Assembly: GCA_038087875.1 (NCBI GenBank)
Contig: CM075995.1
Location: forward strand, 3,660,001 to 3,724,000
DNA length: 64,000 nt
Source of the DNA: Malacoraja senta
Taxonomy: Eukaryota
Reading direction: 5' to 3'
Below are positions 23,129 to 36,639 of the stretch, in pieces. Below the pieces are notes generated by a model that saw only the letters and a list, made by a program, of their open reading frames with translations, did no database searches and was not told the DNA's origin. Within the stretch, counting starts at the first letter, position 1, and each line of letters opens with the position of its first letter. Both the position numbers and the translations under genes were made by a program.

Positions 23129-23420
23129 TAGCCCTGTCCCACGGTGTGAGTTCATTCCAAGAGCTCTCCTGGGTTTAAAAAAAAATCTAACTTGTGGTAA
23201 GCACAGAGAATGAACGTAGCGGGTACGTCGGAGCTCGGGGACGTCTCTTAGCGCTAACGGTAGGTACTCGGGAAGACTCGTGAAGATTTTTCAACATGAT
23301 GAAAAATGTCCACAAGAGCCCCGAGCACCGACGAGTGGCCAATACCGTAAATCTCCGAGTTTGAATCAGGGCAAACTCGGGAGAACTCTTGGAATGAACT
23401 CGTACCGTGGGACAGGGGTT
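23129..23420. mobile_element. PIF/Harbinger-type MITE
   Basis: TIRs CCCTGTCCCACGGT.TGAGTTCATTCCAAGAG and CTCTTGGAATGAACTCGTACCGTGGGACAGGG, with TAA and TTA flanks. Confidence 0.8.
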
Positions 23421-23569
23421 TTAGACTCTGATAAAATGCTTGAATCACAGAAGCGAATTTGCACACGTCAAGATTCCAAATATAGCTATGGAATCATTGA
23501 CTGTGCAATATATTACTGCTGTTTAGGGAGGAACTGCAGATGCTGGTTTAAACCGAAGACAGACATAAA

Positions 23570-24795
23570 AGTGTCTTGAGTATTGAAGATGGGAGGTCAT
23601 GTTGCAGTTGTATAGGACATTGGTGAGACCGAATTTAGAGTATTGTGTTTAGTTCTGGGCACAATGTTATAGGCAAGACGATGTCAAGCTGGAAAGTGTA
23701 CAGAGAGATTTACGAGAATGTTGCCAGGACTAGAGGATCTGAGCTGTAGGGAGAGGTTGAGCAGGCTGCGACTCTATTCCCTGGAACGCGGGAGAATATG
23801 AGGTGATCTTATATATGTGTATAAAATCATGAGAGGAATAGATCGGGTCGATGCACAGAGTCTCTTGCCCGGAGTAGGTGAATCGAGGACCAGAGGGCAT
23901 AGGTTCAAGGTGAAGGGGAAAAAAGTTAATAGGAATCTGAGGGGTACCTTTACCACACAAGGGGTGGTGGGTGTATTGAACAAGGTGCTAGAGGAGGTAG
24001 TTGAGGCTGGGACGATCCCAGCATTTTAATATTTAAACATTTTTTTTTATTTATGAGAAGTACATTACATTACAACCACATACATTAGTACTCGTCACTT
24101 ATGTCTTCTTACAATTAATGTACTCCATTTGTTTTTTACACTAGTAAAAGGAAAGGATAAGATTGAAAGAAAGAAGAAAGTGAAGGAAAAAGTGAGAGAG
24201 TAGAAAATGTGACAACAAAAAAGGACGAAGACCCTATAAGAACAAAATTAAAAACAAAAGAAAAAGAGTTAAGAAATAGACCCTAGAAAAGAAGGAGAAA
24301 GAGAAAGAGGAAAAAGAGAGAAACAAATATTTTTTATGAGCATTACGCAAATGGAACATACCAACTCTTCAACTATCATCCCCCCTTACCTGACCTCCAT
24401 TTTTTTTAAGGTACCTTTGCACCCTATATTTGTAATAATTCTATAAATGCAGACCATATCAGGTGGAAGTGATCTGGTTTACCTGCTAGGAGGAGTCTTA
24501 TCTCTTCTAGGTGTAATGTTTCGAACATATTTGAAATCCACATGTTTATAGATGGTATTGGAGCCTTCCAAAATTTTAGGATTAGCTTTTTTCCAGTTAT
24601 TAACCCGTAGTCTATTAGTTTCTTTTGATCCCAGCATTTAAGAAGCAGTTAGACAGATACATGGATAGGACAGGTTTGGAGGGATATGGACCAAACGCAG
24701 GCAGGTGGGACCAGTGTAGCTGGGACTTGTTGGCCGGTGTGGGTAAGTTAGGCCAAAGGGCCTGTTTCCACACTGTATCACTCTATGACTCTATG
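23570..24795 (+). mobile_element. CR1 LINE 3' fragment interrupted by an L1 insertion
   Basis: The CR1 C-terminal motifs YKIMRGIDRV and FKKQLDRYMD lie on either side of 24027-24626. Confidence 0.85.
24027..24626 (-). mobile_element. L1-clade LINE 3' end
   Basis: Minus strand reads GKKLILKFWKAPIPSINMWISNMFETLHLEEIR...FHLIWSAF, followed by an A-rich tail. 13-bp TSD GATCCCAGCATTT at 24014-24026 and 24627-24639. Confidence 0.85.
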
Positions 24796-26027
24796 ATTCT
24801 AAAAAGCTGGAGCTACGCAGCGGGTCAGGCAGCATTGCTGGAGAAAAGGAATAGGTAACTGAAGGTGGGTCTCGACAAGAAACGTCACTTATTCCTTTTC
24901 TCCAGAGATGCTGCCTGACCCGCTGAGTTACTCCAGCTTTTCTGTGTCTGTATTCTTCTAATATGCTACTGGTGTTGGTTACGGACAGATACAGCTCATC
25001 ATATTCTGAACGTCCATACATTCATATCTGTCAGCTCAGTCAGGAGAAAAACATAACTGTTTTTCTTTGACAACTTGGAATCCACTGTCAGAAACAGAAT
25101 GATTGATTATTTCGAGAAATTTGCAATGATTAGAGTTGCCGGCATGGATTTGTAAATGATCGGCCACGAATAATGAATCTAAATGGATGCTTGAGGAAGT
25201 AACCTAAATAGAATTCAGGATTTAGTTTTAGATCGGATGGAGTCCCAGAAGGTTGCAGATAGGGGACTGTAAGCATTCAGAATGAATGTAAGTAACTATT
25301 AGTGTTCCACGAGGCTTTCTGCGATGGTCTCATATATATTCATTATATCTATTAATGATTTTCTAAGCATCAAAAGAGAGATATGTATCTTCATTGCTAA
25401 TGAATCAGATATTTTGCAGATGAAAATAAGCCAAATAAGGGAAAGCAGGAGAGACCAGTAAATAAAGACTCATACATTAAATCTGGGCATTCAATTTTGG
25501 GAGACATGTTTTTAATAGTAAGATTAAACGAGAACTTACCTAAGTTTGAAGTTTGATCTTTATTTTATGAGGAGTTACGTAGGTGATTACGTGAAGAACC
25601 CCGCCAGTGCGCCTGCGCGTCAATCTTCAAAGCAGCGGTGTGAAATCACAAAAAACAACAACCGAAGTAATATAGTCTCATAATAAAACGAGTAATACAA
25701 GAACTTCCATCTGACCGTTATGATAGAGGGTAGGGTCGTGGTGGGCACGTAATCACCTACGTAACTCCTCATAAAATAAAGATCAAACTTCAAACTTAGG
25801 TAAGTTCTCGTTTAATCTTACTATTTTACTTCGGAGTCACGTGAGTGACTACGTGAAGATTTTAAAGCTTTGTGATTTCATGCCGTGGATCAATCCCGGC
25901 TTCTCACTGCATAGATTGACTCGGAACGAGAATAATCAATCATGCATTCATAATAACATTTGTACCACAAATGCAGTATTTCATTTCAATAATGAAATGA
26001 ATCAGATCCCCTTTAAACCAGAGGAAT

Positions 26028-26940
26028 TTACACAGAACTTAAAATAGTTTCTGCAAACAACCCCGCATTAACAATAGGCCGATGGTAAAAATGTTGAAAC
26101 ATCAACTCATTGGACCACCCGGCGGCTGCGAGGATATGGTCGACGGGGCCGTCTTTTGCCCTGGCCGCCGACGTTTCTGCTGCCCTAGCCGAGTGAGACG
26201 TAAAAACATAAGTGTTAATACCAGCAGCTGTTAAGACTTCTTTTATCCATCTGGAAATAGTCTGTATTGAAACTCTCTTGTGTGGTTTCTTGTGTGTGAT
26301 CAACAACCCAGTTTCCGTATTCTCAAATTCTTTGTGACCTCAATGTATTGTAATAAATATGTCTTAATACAGAGACATGGATCATTTGGATATGCTGCTA
26401 GCATAATTTTAAATCCTGTCACACCTGGCCTAATTTACTTTAGTAGGTCATAGATATAGAATGTAACCTTGTCTTCAGTTACTTCCATACTGTCTATTTG
26501 TAATTTTCCAAGTGTTTGCACTCGTTGTGCTGTCACTCATGCCATAAGCATGAATACTTTCATACTGAGCTTGACCAAAGGTAAAGACACACTTGATGAC
26601 CATTCACGAAGTAGTTTCAGTACCACACTTACATCCCAGATTGTCACGTACCTAGGTTTCGGTGGTTTGGAATTAAAGATTCCTTTCATTAGTCTGGAAA
26701 CAATTGGGTGTGACCCAATTGAGTTTCTTTCTGAATCCAGAACCAAATATGAGGACAATGCACTTCTGGCTGAATTAATTGCACTACAACTCAGACCTTC
26801 ATCATAATAAAGTTTTGACAGAAATTCTAAACATTTGAAATATCTGCAGTACTTTATTGCACATTCTTTTGTACACAGAACTCTTCCCATTTCTTAATAT
26901 AAGAAAGGTACTGTTTTTGAGTGCTCTTCCTCCCGGCTGC
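26028..26940 (-). pseudogene. DIRS tyrosine recombinase remnant
   Basis: SAINSARSALS, GIFNSKPPKPRYVTIWDV, QTISRWIK, HSARAAETSAA and AAGWSNELMFQHFYHRPI. Confidence 0.92.
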
Positions 26941-27039
26941 CGTAAGCATGTCCACAGTATGCTCAGACACTCCTCGTCCCAGAAAAGGCATTCTTAAAAC
27001 CTGCAAATCAACAAATCCAAACGATGATATAATGGATGT

Positions 27040-28745
27040 TGTTACCCTGTTACAGGGTGCAGCAATAAATTACTCCTTTTTGGGACTTTCATCAACATTT
27101 GTGTTGTTAATTCTAATATCAACAGATACCATGGCTGTATAGGCCAATCCGGTACTACCAATACCCTTGAAGCAGCATCTTGCCTGATTTTAAGCAAACC
27201 TTGGCTTATGAGGCAGAAAGGTGGAAATATATCTGAAAACATACCACCCCAATGTAGCGAGAAAGCATCAATCGCCACTGCTCCTGGATCTGGTTTCCAT
27301 GAGACATATCTCGATAGCTGATGATTCAAGTCGATGTCAGTCATTCCAAATCTGATTACTATATCATTGAATACCTCTTGATTCAACATCCATTCTTTAT
27401 TATCATGGAACTTTTCGTGACCAGGTGTCTGCTATCGTGTTCATTCTACCTGGTAGATAGATAGCTGAAAACCAAATGTTCTTTTCAATACACCAAGATC
27501 GAAGTTGATTTAACCATTTTGTCACATGACACTGACTTAATTCCACCCATATCATTAATATAGGCAACTACTGTTGTGTTTATTAATTTGAACTTGAACC
27601 TTCCTTTTAGTTGTGTTAGAACCATAAGCTTGGAGTCCATAGAAACCTCCTAAAAGCTCCAAATAGGTAATTCCCCATGTCTGCAGTAACACTAACTTTT
27701 CCTGATTCCATCTGCCTCAGCAGCTAGATGTTAAGTCAGTTGCACCCCATCCTAGTGCACTGGCATCAGTTTGTAATATCATGGAAGGTTGTTCAATCAG
27801 CACTTTGCCTGAACTGCTTGAGACATGTAGAATCCACCACTGCAGCTTAGAAACAGCATTTGTTGTTACTTGCATGGTTCTATCAAAATGACCAGCATTT
27901 ATTCTCAGTGCCTGTTCTTTAATTCTCTGCAGCTGTTGATAATGTAATGGTCCATACTGGACTGCTGGGAATCTACTAATTTTCCCAGTACTCGAGCCAC
28001 CTGTCTGATTAGAGGTTTTTGCTCGTTTAACAGATTACTGCAATCTTTAATCAACTCCACCCTTTTTTCACTGGGCAAAGTAATTTGCATTTGGGCTAAA
28101 TCAATTGTGAACCCCAAATAATTAATCGAGGTACATGTTTTTAACCTTGATTTCTTTGGATGAATTTAGAAACCCCCAAACTTTCAAAAGTTTGATTTTA
28201 TTACTGCAACCGATGCTTCTGTTGACTGTTTTGTCCTTCCTATAATCAGGACATCATCCAGGTATGCCATTAGTACATGCCCCTGGCTCTCAGCAACCCC
28301 AGAATTGATTTTTATAAATATTCTGGAAGGGAACGTTAACCCTTTAGGCAGAGCTTTGAACTGCCCTAATTGGTTCATCCATGTAAATTTAAAATACTTC
28401 ATATCTTGCAAGTGAACAAACACTGAACAAAAGGATTCAGACTTGTCAAGTCTATAATAATCCTACATCCTCCATCCTTTTTTGATCGAGGGAATATATT
28501 TGACCCAAATTGGTGAATTTGGTAGACTGGTTCTTTAATAACACCTTTTATATATAGGGTTTTGAAGCGCAACTTGAACCTCCATTACTTCGCAAAGTGG
28601 AGAGTTCTGCTAGGAACATGCTGGACAGGCAAATCATAATTTGGATTGAAATCCTTGTATATTATTCAGAATTACCACATCTGAAGTAATCTTCTTCCAA
28701 TGTTTATAGAAGAGACGTAATCTGCCTCCAACTTCTGGACTTAAT
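27040..28745 (-). pseudogene. DIRS RT / RNase H / methyltransferase-like remnants
   Basis: VGGRLRLFYKHW, KKDGGCR, ALPKGLT, AYLDDVLI, ILQTDASALGWG, IFPPFCLI and VVPDWPIQPWY. Confidence 0.92.
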
Positions 28746-30649
28746 CCAGTTAGTATGTTCCCCTGAGAACCAGGTCCACCTACCTCTTGAGTCATTTGAG
28801 TATTTTGAGATCCCTGGATTCTCCCGGAAGCACAACCACTTGTCCTTACTCCCGCTGCAGGCCGCCAGCTACGTCCCTGCGTTGATGAGCGACTTGGTCC
28901 TGGTCTAGGATCCGTATGACGTCTGAAAGGATACTTCCTCTTTACAGACTTTGCAACCATTGATGTATTTATCAATCCTGTTTTCGCTTCATCTTCCAAC
29001 TCTTTAATACGTCTCCCGAGATCTCTCCAAAGAGTAAGTTGGGTAATTGTATATTACTTGGTTTGCAGAGTGCTGCGAATTTCGGATTCATAGTAGACCG
29101 TATCGCACTTTCCTCAGATAATTGATCTCGAAGTGGGTGCTGCATAGCAACCCCAGTGCTTGCTGATGCAACTTCGTCATCTTTTGGTTGTTACCTGCTA
29201 TTCTGGTAAAAGCAGTTATTCCAGAACCCAGCAGCTTTAATATTCTCTGCAACTGATTCCAGATAATTTGATTCACTGCTGCTGCTTTCAGCAACCCACA
29301 GTTACTTCTTGCAGTCTCATCCATTTCCTGCTGTTCCAGCTAATGGTAAACCAAGTAATTTATTAAGGAGGCCAGTTCTTCTCCTAATGGCTCTCCTGAC
29401 CCTGACGGGGCAGTGAATCCTACTGCCAGGGGTGGAACATCTGGCAGCTGCCATTCATCGCCTTGTACAGCCTCACCGTCAGAATCGGGGTCTGAAATCT
29501 CATGACCCGTAGCACGCTCCTCATTCCTGAGGGTGCATTCCATCAGCCCTGAGCCAGGTGCTGTTAAGCTGCTCCTGCAGCTTGGATTACAGTACACTCC
29601 TTCCTGAGTGAACTTTGCTCCAACAGCCTATGAAAAAGGCTTTCTATTTGGGCAATACGCTCGAAAGCAGTATCTAGCCCTGTACCAGGAGCTGTTTGAG
29701 CTGTTTCCAGCAGCTTGGCTTTCAGAACACTCCTCTCTGAGTGAACTTTGCTCCAACAGCCTATGTAAAAGGCTTTCTATTTGGGCAATACGCTCGAAAG
29801 CAGTATCTAGCCCTGGAGCTACTTCCATTGCCTGGGACTCCCTCCGTTGGGATTTAAACTTTGTCTTTTGCCCGACAGGCGCTGACTGTGTTTTCACCAG
29901 CCCCAGGTCCACAGTCGCTATGCTCACCGCTGGTGACTGTACCGGGGTTTAGAGGCGGTTGGTCTCTAACCGCGGACTCCCGACTTTCCCGACTTCTGTC
30001 GGCTGTGTCGCTCGCCTCTTCCCCCTGTCCGTTTTTTTCCATGGCGTCTATGGAAAAAATCCCCATAGACCCACAGTAAACGGACCTGGAAAACCTGAAA
30101 AAAGTTTTTACTTACCTTGTAGTTGAAAAACTACAAACCACTCGAGGAGCACTGCTCCTCACGTCCGTTTGCGTCAAAGCGTCTGACGTAATGACGCGCA
30201 GGCGCACTGGCGGGGTTCTTCACGTAGTCACTCACGTGACTCCGAAGTAAAACACAGGTTAGTGTGTCAAGGTCATTTTGGATCAAAATAAGATCAATCT
30301 GAGTATTTCTTTAATGGTTAAAAGCTTGAAATACTGGGGATGCCAGGACAAAGGCACCAAAATATACCAGTCATAGGGTCATAGTGTCATACAGTCTTAC
30401 AATGCGGAAAAGTATCATAGAGTCATAGAGTGAAACAGTGTGGAAAAAGGCCCTTCAGCCCAACATGCCCACGCCGGCCAACATCTGCACTAGTCCCACC
30501 TGCCTACATTTAGCCCATATCTCTCCAAATCTGTCTTATCCATGTACCTGTCTGAATGTTTCTTAAATGTTGCGAAAGTACCTGCCTCATCTATCTCCTC
30601 TGGCAGCTCAATCCATACACCTACCATGATATGATGTTATATCAATGAG

Positions 30650-31690
30650 TAGCAATGTTACAAAATTTTGAGATTTAAAAAATCAAGTCTGCAATTTATC
30701 ACATCAGATAAAGATAAAAAGAAGTTTAATTTGACACCTAATTCACTTTCATATCTTTAGTATTAAAAAAGTTATGGCCATTTTCATACTCGGAAATTAG
30801 CATCTTGCTTTTCCATTAACTTAACACAAAAGCTGTGATCGAGGACAGTCAAAAGCCCATAACTTTCCTAAAAATTAAGAGAACTAAAAGAAAATTTCAG
30901 TTATTATAGATTGAAGCATTGAAACAAATATGAAACAATCTTACTTGGATAACCTGAAATTAAAGCATATAATTAGTTAGTTACCTAATTGTAGCTAATT
31001 ACAAAATTCAATTACTAGATCTAAACATCTATCCATTTCTTAAGAAAAGATTAACATTTTTAAATAGCCCAAGTGCCCAATTAACATTCACACAAGAATT
31101 CACAATATAACATGATTTTTAAATCTCATTGTCATGAATTTATAGGCCAAATGGAAGGAATTTAATGTTTAATTCCCGTAAATTAATGGCCATTTAAATC
31201 ATCTTGCTAGTGTTTTTTTGTGGAACGCAATCGATTGGAACGTTGCGGTTTGCGTTGAATTTGAACCCCATATTGGCAGGAAAAACACTGCCGGTTTGTA
31301 TGGGGCCAAAATCACATTTTCGCCAATGAAATTTTGATTAAAGTCATCCTAAGAAGCAAGTTTATATGTGAAATAAACGACTTGCTTTATGTTTTGTCCC
31401 GTACATGAGATCCGTCCCGTCGTCGGCATTGACGGCATCAGAAGTAGCTTTTTTATTTGACACCAGTGATTAAATTGTCCCGCGATTTTTTTTTTAAACG
31501 TCCGAGAACGGAAGTCGGAAAGATTTTTCAGCATCAGGTAGTAGCCCGAGAAAATATATCTTGGACAGGCAGGAGAAAATGGCATTTTAATCTCGCCCCC
31601 ACCCCCCTCCCCCTCAAAGGTGCCAAGGTTGCGCACACGGCCAGTGGCGGAACTGCAGCGCCGCTGAAGGTAAGAATTGTAACATACCTA
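30650..31690. mobile_element. ~1.04-kb non-autonomous TIR DNA transposon with a 7-bp TSD, copy 2
   Basis: Termini TAGCAATGTTACAA and TTGTAACATACCTA. TSD CAATGAG at 30643-30649 and 31691-31697. Confidence 0.9.
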
Positions 31691-32026
31691 CAATGAGATG
31701 ATCTGGTTTTTGTGATTCAGGTGAGAGACAATAGACAATAGACAATAGACAATAGACAATAGGTGCAGGAGTAGGCCATTCGGCCCTTCGAGCCAGCACC
31801 GCCATTCAATGTGATCATGGCTGATCATCCCCAATCAGTACCCCGTTCCTGCCTTCTCCCCATATGCTGTGACTCCGCTATTTTTAAGAGCCCTATCTAG
31901 CTCTCTCTTGATAGCATCCAGAGAACCTGAGATCCAGAGAGGTTGTTTTTTATTGGGCAAGGAGGATAATTGCTCCTCTCCTTCAAGATCTTTTACATCA
32001 AGCTGAGAGATTAGAAATGCCATCAC

Positions 32027-32526
32027 TAGGGTTGCCAACTTTCTCACTCCCAAACAAGGGACAAATTCCCGACAGCAATTCATTGATCGACTCGGCCGTG
32101 GCTGGGTGAATGATGAGTTGGCCCAGGTGCTGGACTGCACACAAAGCCCAGCTGGTGGGCCAGCTGAGGAGTTTTGGCCCGGGCGCCGGACTTTGCTTGC
32201 GACGTCGCGCGCAAAGTCTGGCACCCCATCCAACTCATGAACCAATGATCGGCCAGGAGAAGGAGGGGTGGTGGTGGTGTCGGCGGGAAGCGAAGATCCG
32301 AAGGTCGGACAGCTGACCGCCTGCCGACCGACGGGGCCACGGGCGAGGCACTGCTGCTGCTGCACTCCATGGGCTGCACTACGTCGGGACGGGTGAGGCG
32401 GGGCCAGACGCGGCGCTCCGACCCGACTGTCCCCTCGACCCGTGTAATAGCAGCCATATACAAGACAAACCAATTTAACCCAATATACGGGATGTCCCGG
32501 TTAATACGGGACAGTTGGCAACCATA
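32027..32526. mobile_element. hAT-like MITE
   Basis: TIRs TAGGGTTGCCAACT and AGTTGGCAACCATA, with subterminal GGGACA motifs. The TSD is not cleanly preserved. Confidence 0.7.
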
Positions 32527-33009
32527 CTCACATATGTCCTCTGGCAGCTCGTTCCACATACCTACCACCCTCTGTGTGAAAAAGTTGTACAAAACACTTT
32601 GGATTATGGGAGAAAAACGGAGCACGTGGAGAAAACCTCCACCACGGTCACAGGGAGAATGTACAAACTCCATACAGACAGCACCCATAGTCCGGATCAA
32701 ACCCGGGTCTCTGGCGCTGTAAGGCAACAACTCAACAGCGGCGCCAATCTGCCGACAACTATTTTACATGCTTTAACAACATTGAACGCCTCTACACTTA
32801 CCAGTTGCAATAGAACTGCTGAGGTTAAAGTTGCAGATTCCCAGTTCTGAACATAAAATGAATGTGGAAACGTGTGACTTATTTGCTTTTCCTTCTTGAC
32901 TGCAGTGTCCTCTATTTTGACATCTGTTCCTTCAGATGTTTTATTCTTTCAGTTCTTTTGATCAGACCTCAGATCTCTTTGACTCATATCATGTATGTCA
33001 GAAGAGGTT

Positions 33010-34120
33010 ATCGTGACTGAGGGGTGACCTGATGAAAGGCTTTAAAAATCCAAAAGCAATTCGAGCGCAGGAGGATGAGGAGTGATCTAATAGATGTGTA
33101 TGAGAACATGAGTGGAATAGATAGGGTGAACGCACAGAGTCCTCTACCCATAGTAGGAGAATCAAGAACCAGAAGACAGAGGGTTAAGCTGAGGGGGGGA
33201 AGATTTAATAGGAGGTATTGTGTTCAATTTTGGCCACCATGTTACAGGAAAGACGTTGTCAAGCTGAAAAGGGAGCAGAGAAGATTTACGAGGATGTTGC
33301 CAGGACTCGAGGGCATGAGCTACAGGGAGAGGTTGAGCAGGCTAGGACTTTATTCCTTGGAGCACAGGAGGATGAGGGGTGACCTTATAGAGGTGTACAA
33401 AATCATGGCATGAATAGATTGGGTAAATGCACAGACTCTCTTGCCCAGAGTATGAGTATTCGAAAACCAGACAACATAGGTTAAAGGTGAAGGAAGCTGA
33501 GGGGCAACCGTTTTTTACACAAGGGGTGTTGGGTGTGTGGAACGAGATGCCAGAGGAGGTAGTTAAGGCAAGGTCTATCACAATGTTTAAAAGTCATTTG
33601 GACAGGTATATGGATAGGACAGGTTTAGAAGGACATGGGCCAAACGCAAACAGGTGAGACTACTATGGATGTGGCATGTGGGTCGACATGGGTAAGTTGG
33701 GCCGAAGGGCCTGTTTCCTCACTGTATAACTCAATGATTCTATGACTCTACATAGAAAAAAACTATTTCTTCTGGTCAGGGGAATCCAGAGAAAGGGGAA
33801 GTATTCTTAAAATTAGAACCAAGAGACATGGCGTGGGGAATCAACAACAAGAGGACATATTTTAAGGTGACAGGGACAAGATTTAATGGGAACCAGAGGG
33901 GCAACTTTCTGAATCAGAGGGTGGTGGGTATACGGAATGAGCTGCCAGAGGCAGTAGTTGAGGCAGGTGTTATAACAGCATTTCAAAAAGCACCTGGACA
34001 GGTACATGGATAGGAAAGGTTTAGAGGGATATGGGCCTAACACGTGTAAATGGGATTAGCTTCGAGGGGGCACCTTGGTCGGTACGGACGAGTTGGGCGG
34101 AAGTTTTGACTTTATGATGC
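33010..34120 (+). mobile_element. Stack of CR1 3' fragments
   Basis: Repeated RGDLIEVYK, FFTQ(R/G)VV and LDRYMD segments. Confidence 0.85.
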
Positions 34121-34667
34121 CATGGCTATGGTAACAAAATCCATAACAGTGACATTAACATTGGTTTCCCATTACCTCTCCATCTGCCCAAGATAGTTAC
34201 TCAAAAAATAACAAAGGTTACATCCAAAACACAGTAGCATTGTCGTTCCATTTTCATTCTTACTAACTGTTCCAACCGTGTGGCATCGTGTGGCGTTGTG
34301 TGGTAAAAACTGTTGTCTCTTCCAACTCTGAGGCTAAACTGACCAGCCCACTCTCTGTGGCTACGCTAGCCTCCGCAGATGTAGACACAACCATCTACGT
34401 ATATAATCCCCACCCCACGAGCGCTCAGAATGATACAGCTAGTTATATCTAGACATGGCTATAATATACTAACAGTAACTAACTTAAGCATAAAAGGCTC
34501 CTACAAGCATTATAATGGCTGGAGCCATACCTCAGCACCACCTCATCAGATATCATGCTTGGGCTCCAAATACACCAGGCAGCAAGGAAACAATGCCACA
34601 CATACAGGAAGAGCATGGTAATGATGAGAACATTAAGGGATAAGGGTAAAGACGAAGGCAACTTTAA

Positions 34668-35656
34668 TAATAATAATAGTAATAATAACTTTTATTTACG
34701 GGCGCCAATGAGGTCTCAAGGGCACCTTACAGAGATTGACAAATAATAAAAATATAATCGGAATAAAATAAATTATGAAGACCAATACACAAATTAAGGA
34801 CAGAATTCATTCCAAAGACACAAAAAAGAAAATCAGAAACACAATTTGAGGAGAAAGCAGCGGCAGCTAAACCGCGCCGTTTAGCATGCTGCTCCAGCGT
34901 CCACTCTCCCCTCCGACCGCCATCTTGGACACAGACTAACATAGACACAACCACAAAAATCATTCCCCACAATGATTACCACTGTGGGGGAAGGCACAAT
35001 GTCCAGTCCCCAACCCCAGTTCACCCAAAGTCAGGCCTAATGAGGCCTCCGCTATTGCCTCTACGGAGGCCCGATGTTCCTGGCCGTTCTCACCGGGTGA
35101 TGTTGCCCCGGCGTTGGGAGAGTCCTTTCAGCGGCTGGGCCACCTGGAACGGCCGCATTCCTCACCGGAGGCCGCAGCTACCGAAGCCGACAAGGCCGCG
35201 CCGGTTTGGAGCTCCAAGGCTCCCGATGTAAAAGTCGGCGCCGCCCGCTCCTCTCCGCAGTCCCGCAGGTGTTGACCTCAGCGGTCACAATCTACCGGAG
35301 CTCCGGCGCGTCAGTCCAGCGCGGCGATCCAGGCAAGGCATCGCCCGCTACGCTCCGCGTCAACACTCCAGCGCTGTGCCGCCACCAAACCGAGGTGCGG
35401 GGCAGTTCCCGCCAGGAAACGGCGCTCCAGGCCCGCTGGTAGGCCACAAGGACGTGTCGACGGGGCAGCCCGGAGAAAAGCTGCCTCACCGACCAGGTAG
35501 GGACCTAGAATTTTCATTGCCCCCCTTCACCAGACATTTAAAAGTAGAGTATCTCCTTTAAACAAAACGGAGACTCACTAAAAAAGTTTTTAAAAAGTGA
35601 TTTAAACAGACGGCTGCTGGTTAGCAGCCGTTCCACAAGATGGCTCCTCCTCCTCG
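34668..35656 (-). mobile_element. GC-rich non-autonomous retroposon, copy A, with a (TTA)n tail
   Basis: 8-bp TSD AACTTTAA at 34660-34667 and 35657-35664. The body is collinear with 37978-38802. Confidence 0.75.
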
Positions 35657-36059
35657 AACTTTAAGGGTTCAGATAACTATTTACATAATCCTATTCAACT
35701 CTTTAGAAATATTGTTACAGGGTTAGTGGATTGTGAAGCAATTCATATTATGATTTTCTATGGCTGACTGCAGGGCAAGGTACCAGTCTCCATGCATGAT
35801 GCCACTGGAGCAGAATCTCAATGTTTATGGTCAACACAGTTCACACCAAGATTCGCCCTTACTATTTAATACAGGAACTCTTACAAGTCTTCAAGGCAGA
35901 CTGCCTGTCTACATGCAAACTTCTTCCTGTCCCCACCTCTTACCGCTTTCCGCAGAGAGCATTCCCTCCATAATTCCATGGTTCACTCCTCACTTCTCAC
36001 CCAATCCACCAACCATCCACCAACCCAAACACTTTTCCCTGCAGCTGCAGGAAGTAGCA

Positions 36060-36582
36060 CCCGTAGAAAGCATTTTATCGGGATGCATCACAGCATTGTT
36101 CAGAAACAGCACCATCCAAGACCGCAAGAAATTGTAGTGAATTGTGGACGGAGTCCAGACCGGCGCTCAAACCAACCTCCCTTCTATTGATTCCATTTAC
36201 ACTTCTTTATGCCTCGGCAAGGCCACCAGCATAATCAAAGATGAGTTGCACTCCCTCTTCTCCCCTCTCCCAAGAAGTTCAGAACTGTGAAAACGCACAC
36301 CTCTAGATTCAGGGACAGTTTCTTCCCTGCTGTTATCGGGCAACTGAACCATCCTACCAACAACTAGAGAGCAGTCCTGACCTCCCATCTACCTCATTGG
36401 AGACATTTAGTCTATCTTTAATTGGACTATCTTGCATTAACCTTCAAACCCTTTATCCTGTATCTGTACACTGTGGACGGCTCAATTGTAATCATGTTTA
36501 GTCTTTCCTCTGAGTGGATAGGACGCAACAAAAAGCTTTTTGCTGTATCTCGTAACACGTGACAATAGACCAAACTAAACTA
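36060..36582 (+). mobile_element. Rex1-like LINE 3' fragment
   Basis: ESILSGCITALF...QDRKKL, with tail GTGACAATAGACCAAACTAAAC. Related pieces lie at about 43925-44945, at 57070-57377 continuing 62220-62432, and at 43040-43320 on the minus strand. Confidence 0.7.
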
Positions 36583-36639
36583 ACACCTGTCCATACACTT
36601 CCTCCCTCACCTCCAACCAGGGACCACAACTTGGAGAGC

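Larger units (their letters stand above)
25516..30252 (-). mobile_element. DIRS1-type tyrosine-recombinase retrotransposon, copy 2 (full-length, decayed)
   Basis: ITRs at 25588-25622 and 30192-30226. The ICR at 25746-25859 reproduces the circle junction AATCTTACTA|TTTTACTTCGG. The gag, RT, RH, MT, YR order is retained. Confidence 0.95.

Noticed and set aside
32880..33000. Polypyrimidine-AG splice acceptors as a host exon
   Set aside because: No open coding frame or matching donor follows. The same applies to the acceptor-like site near 63640.
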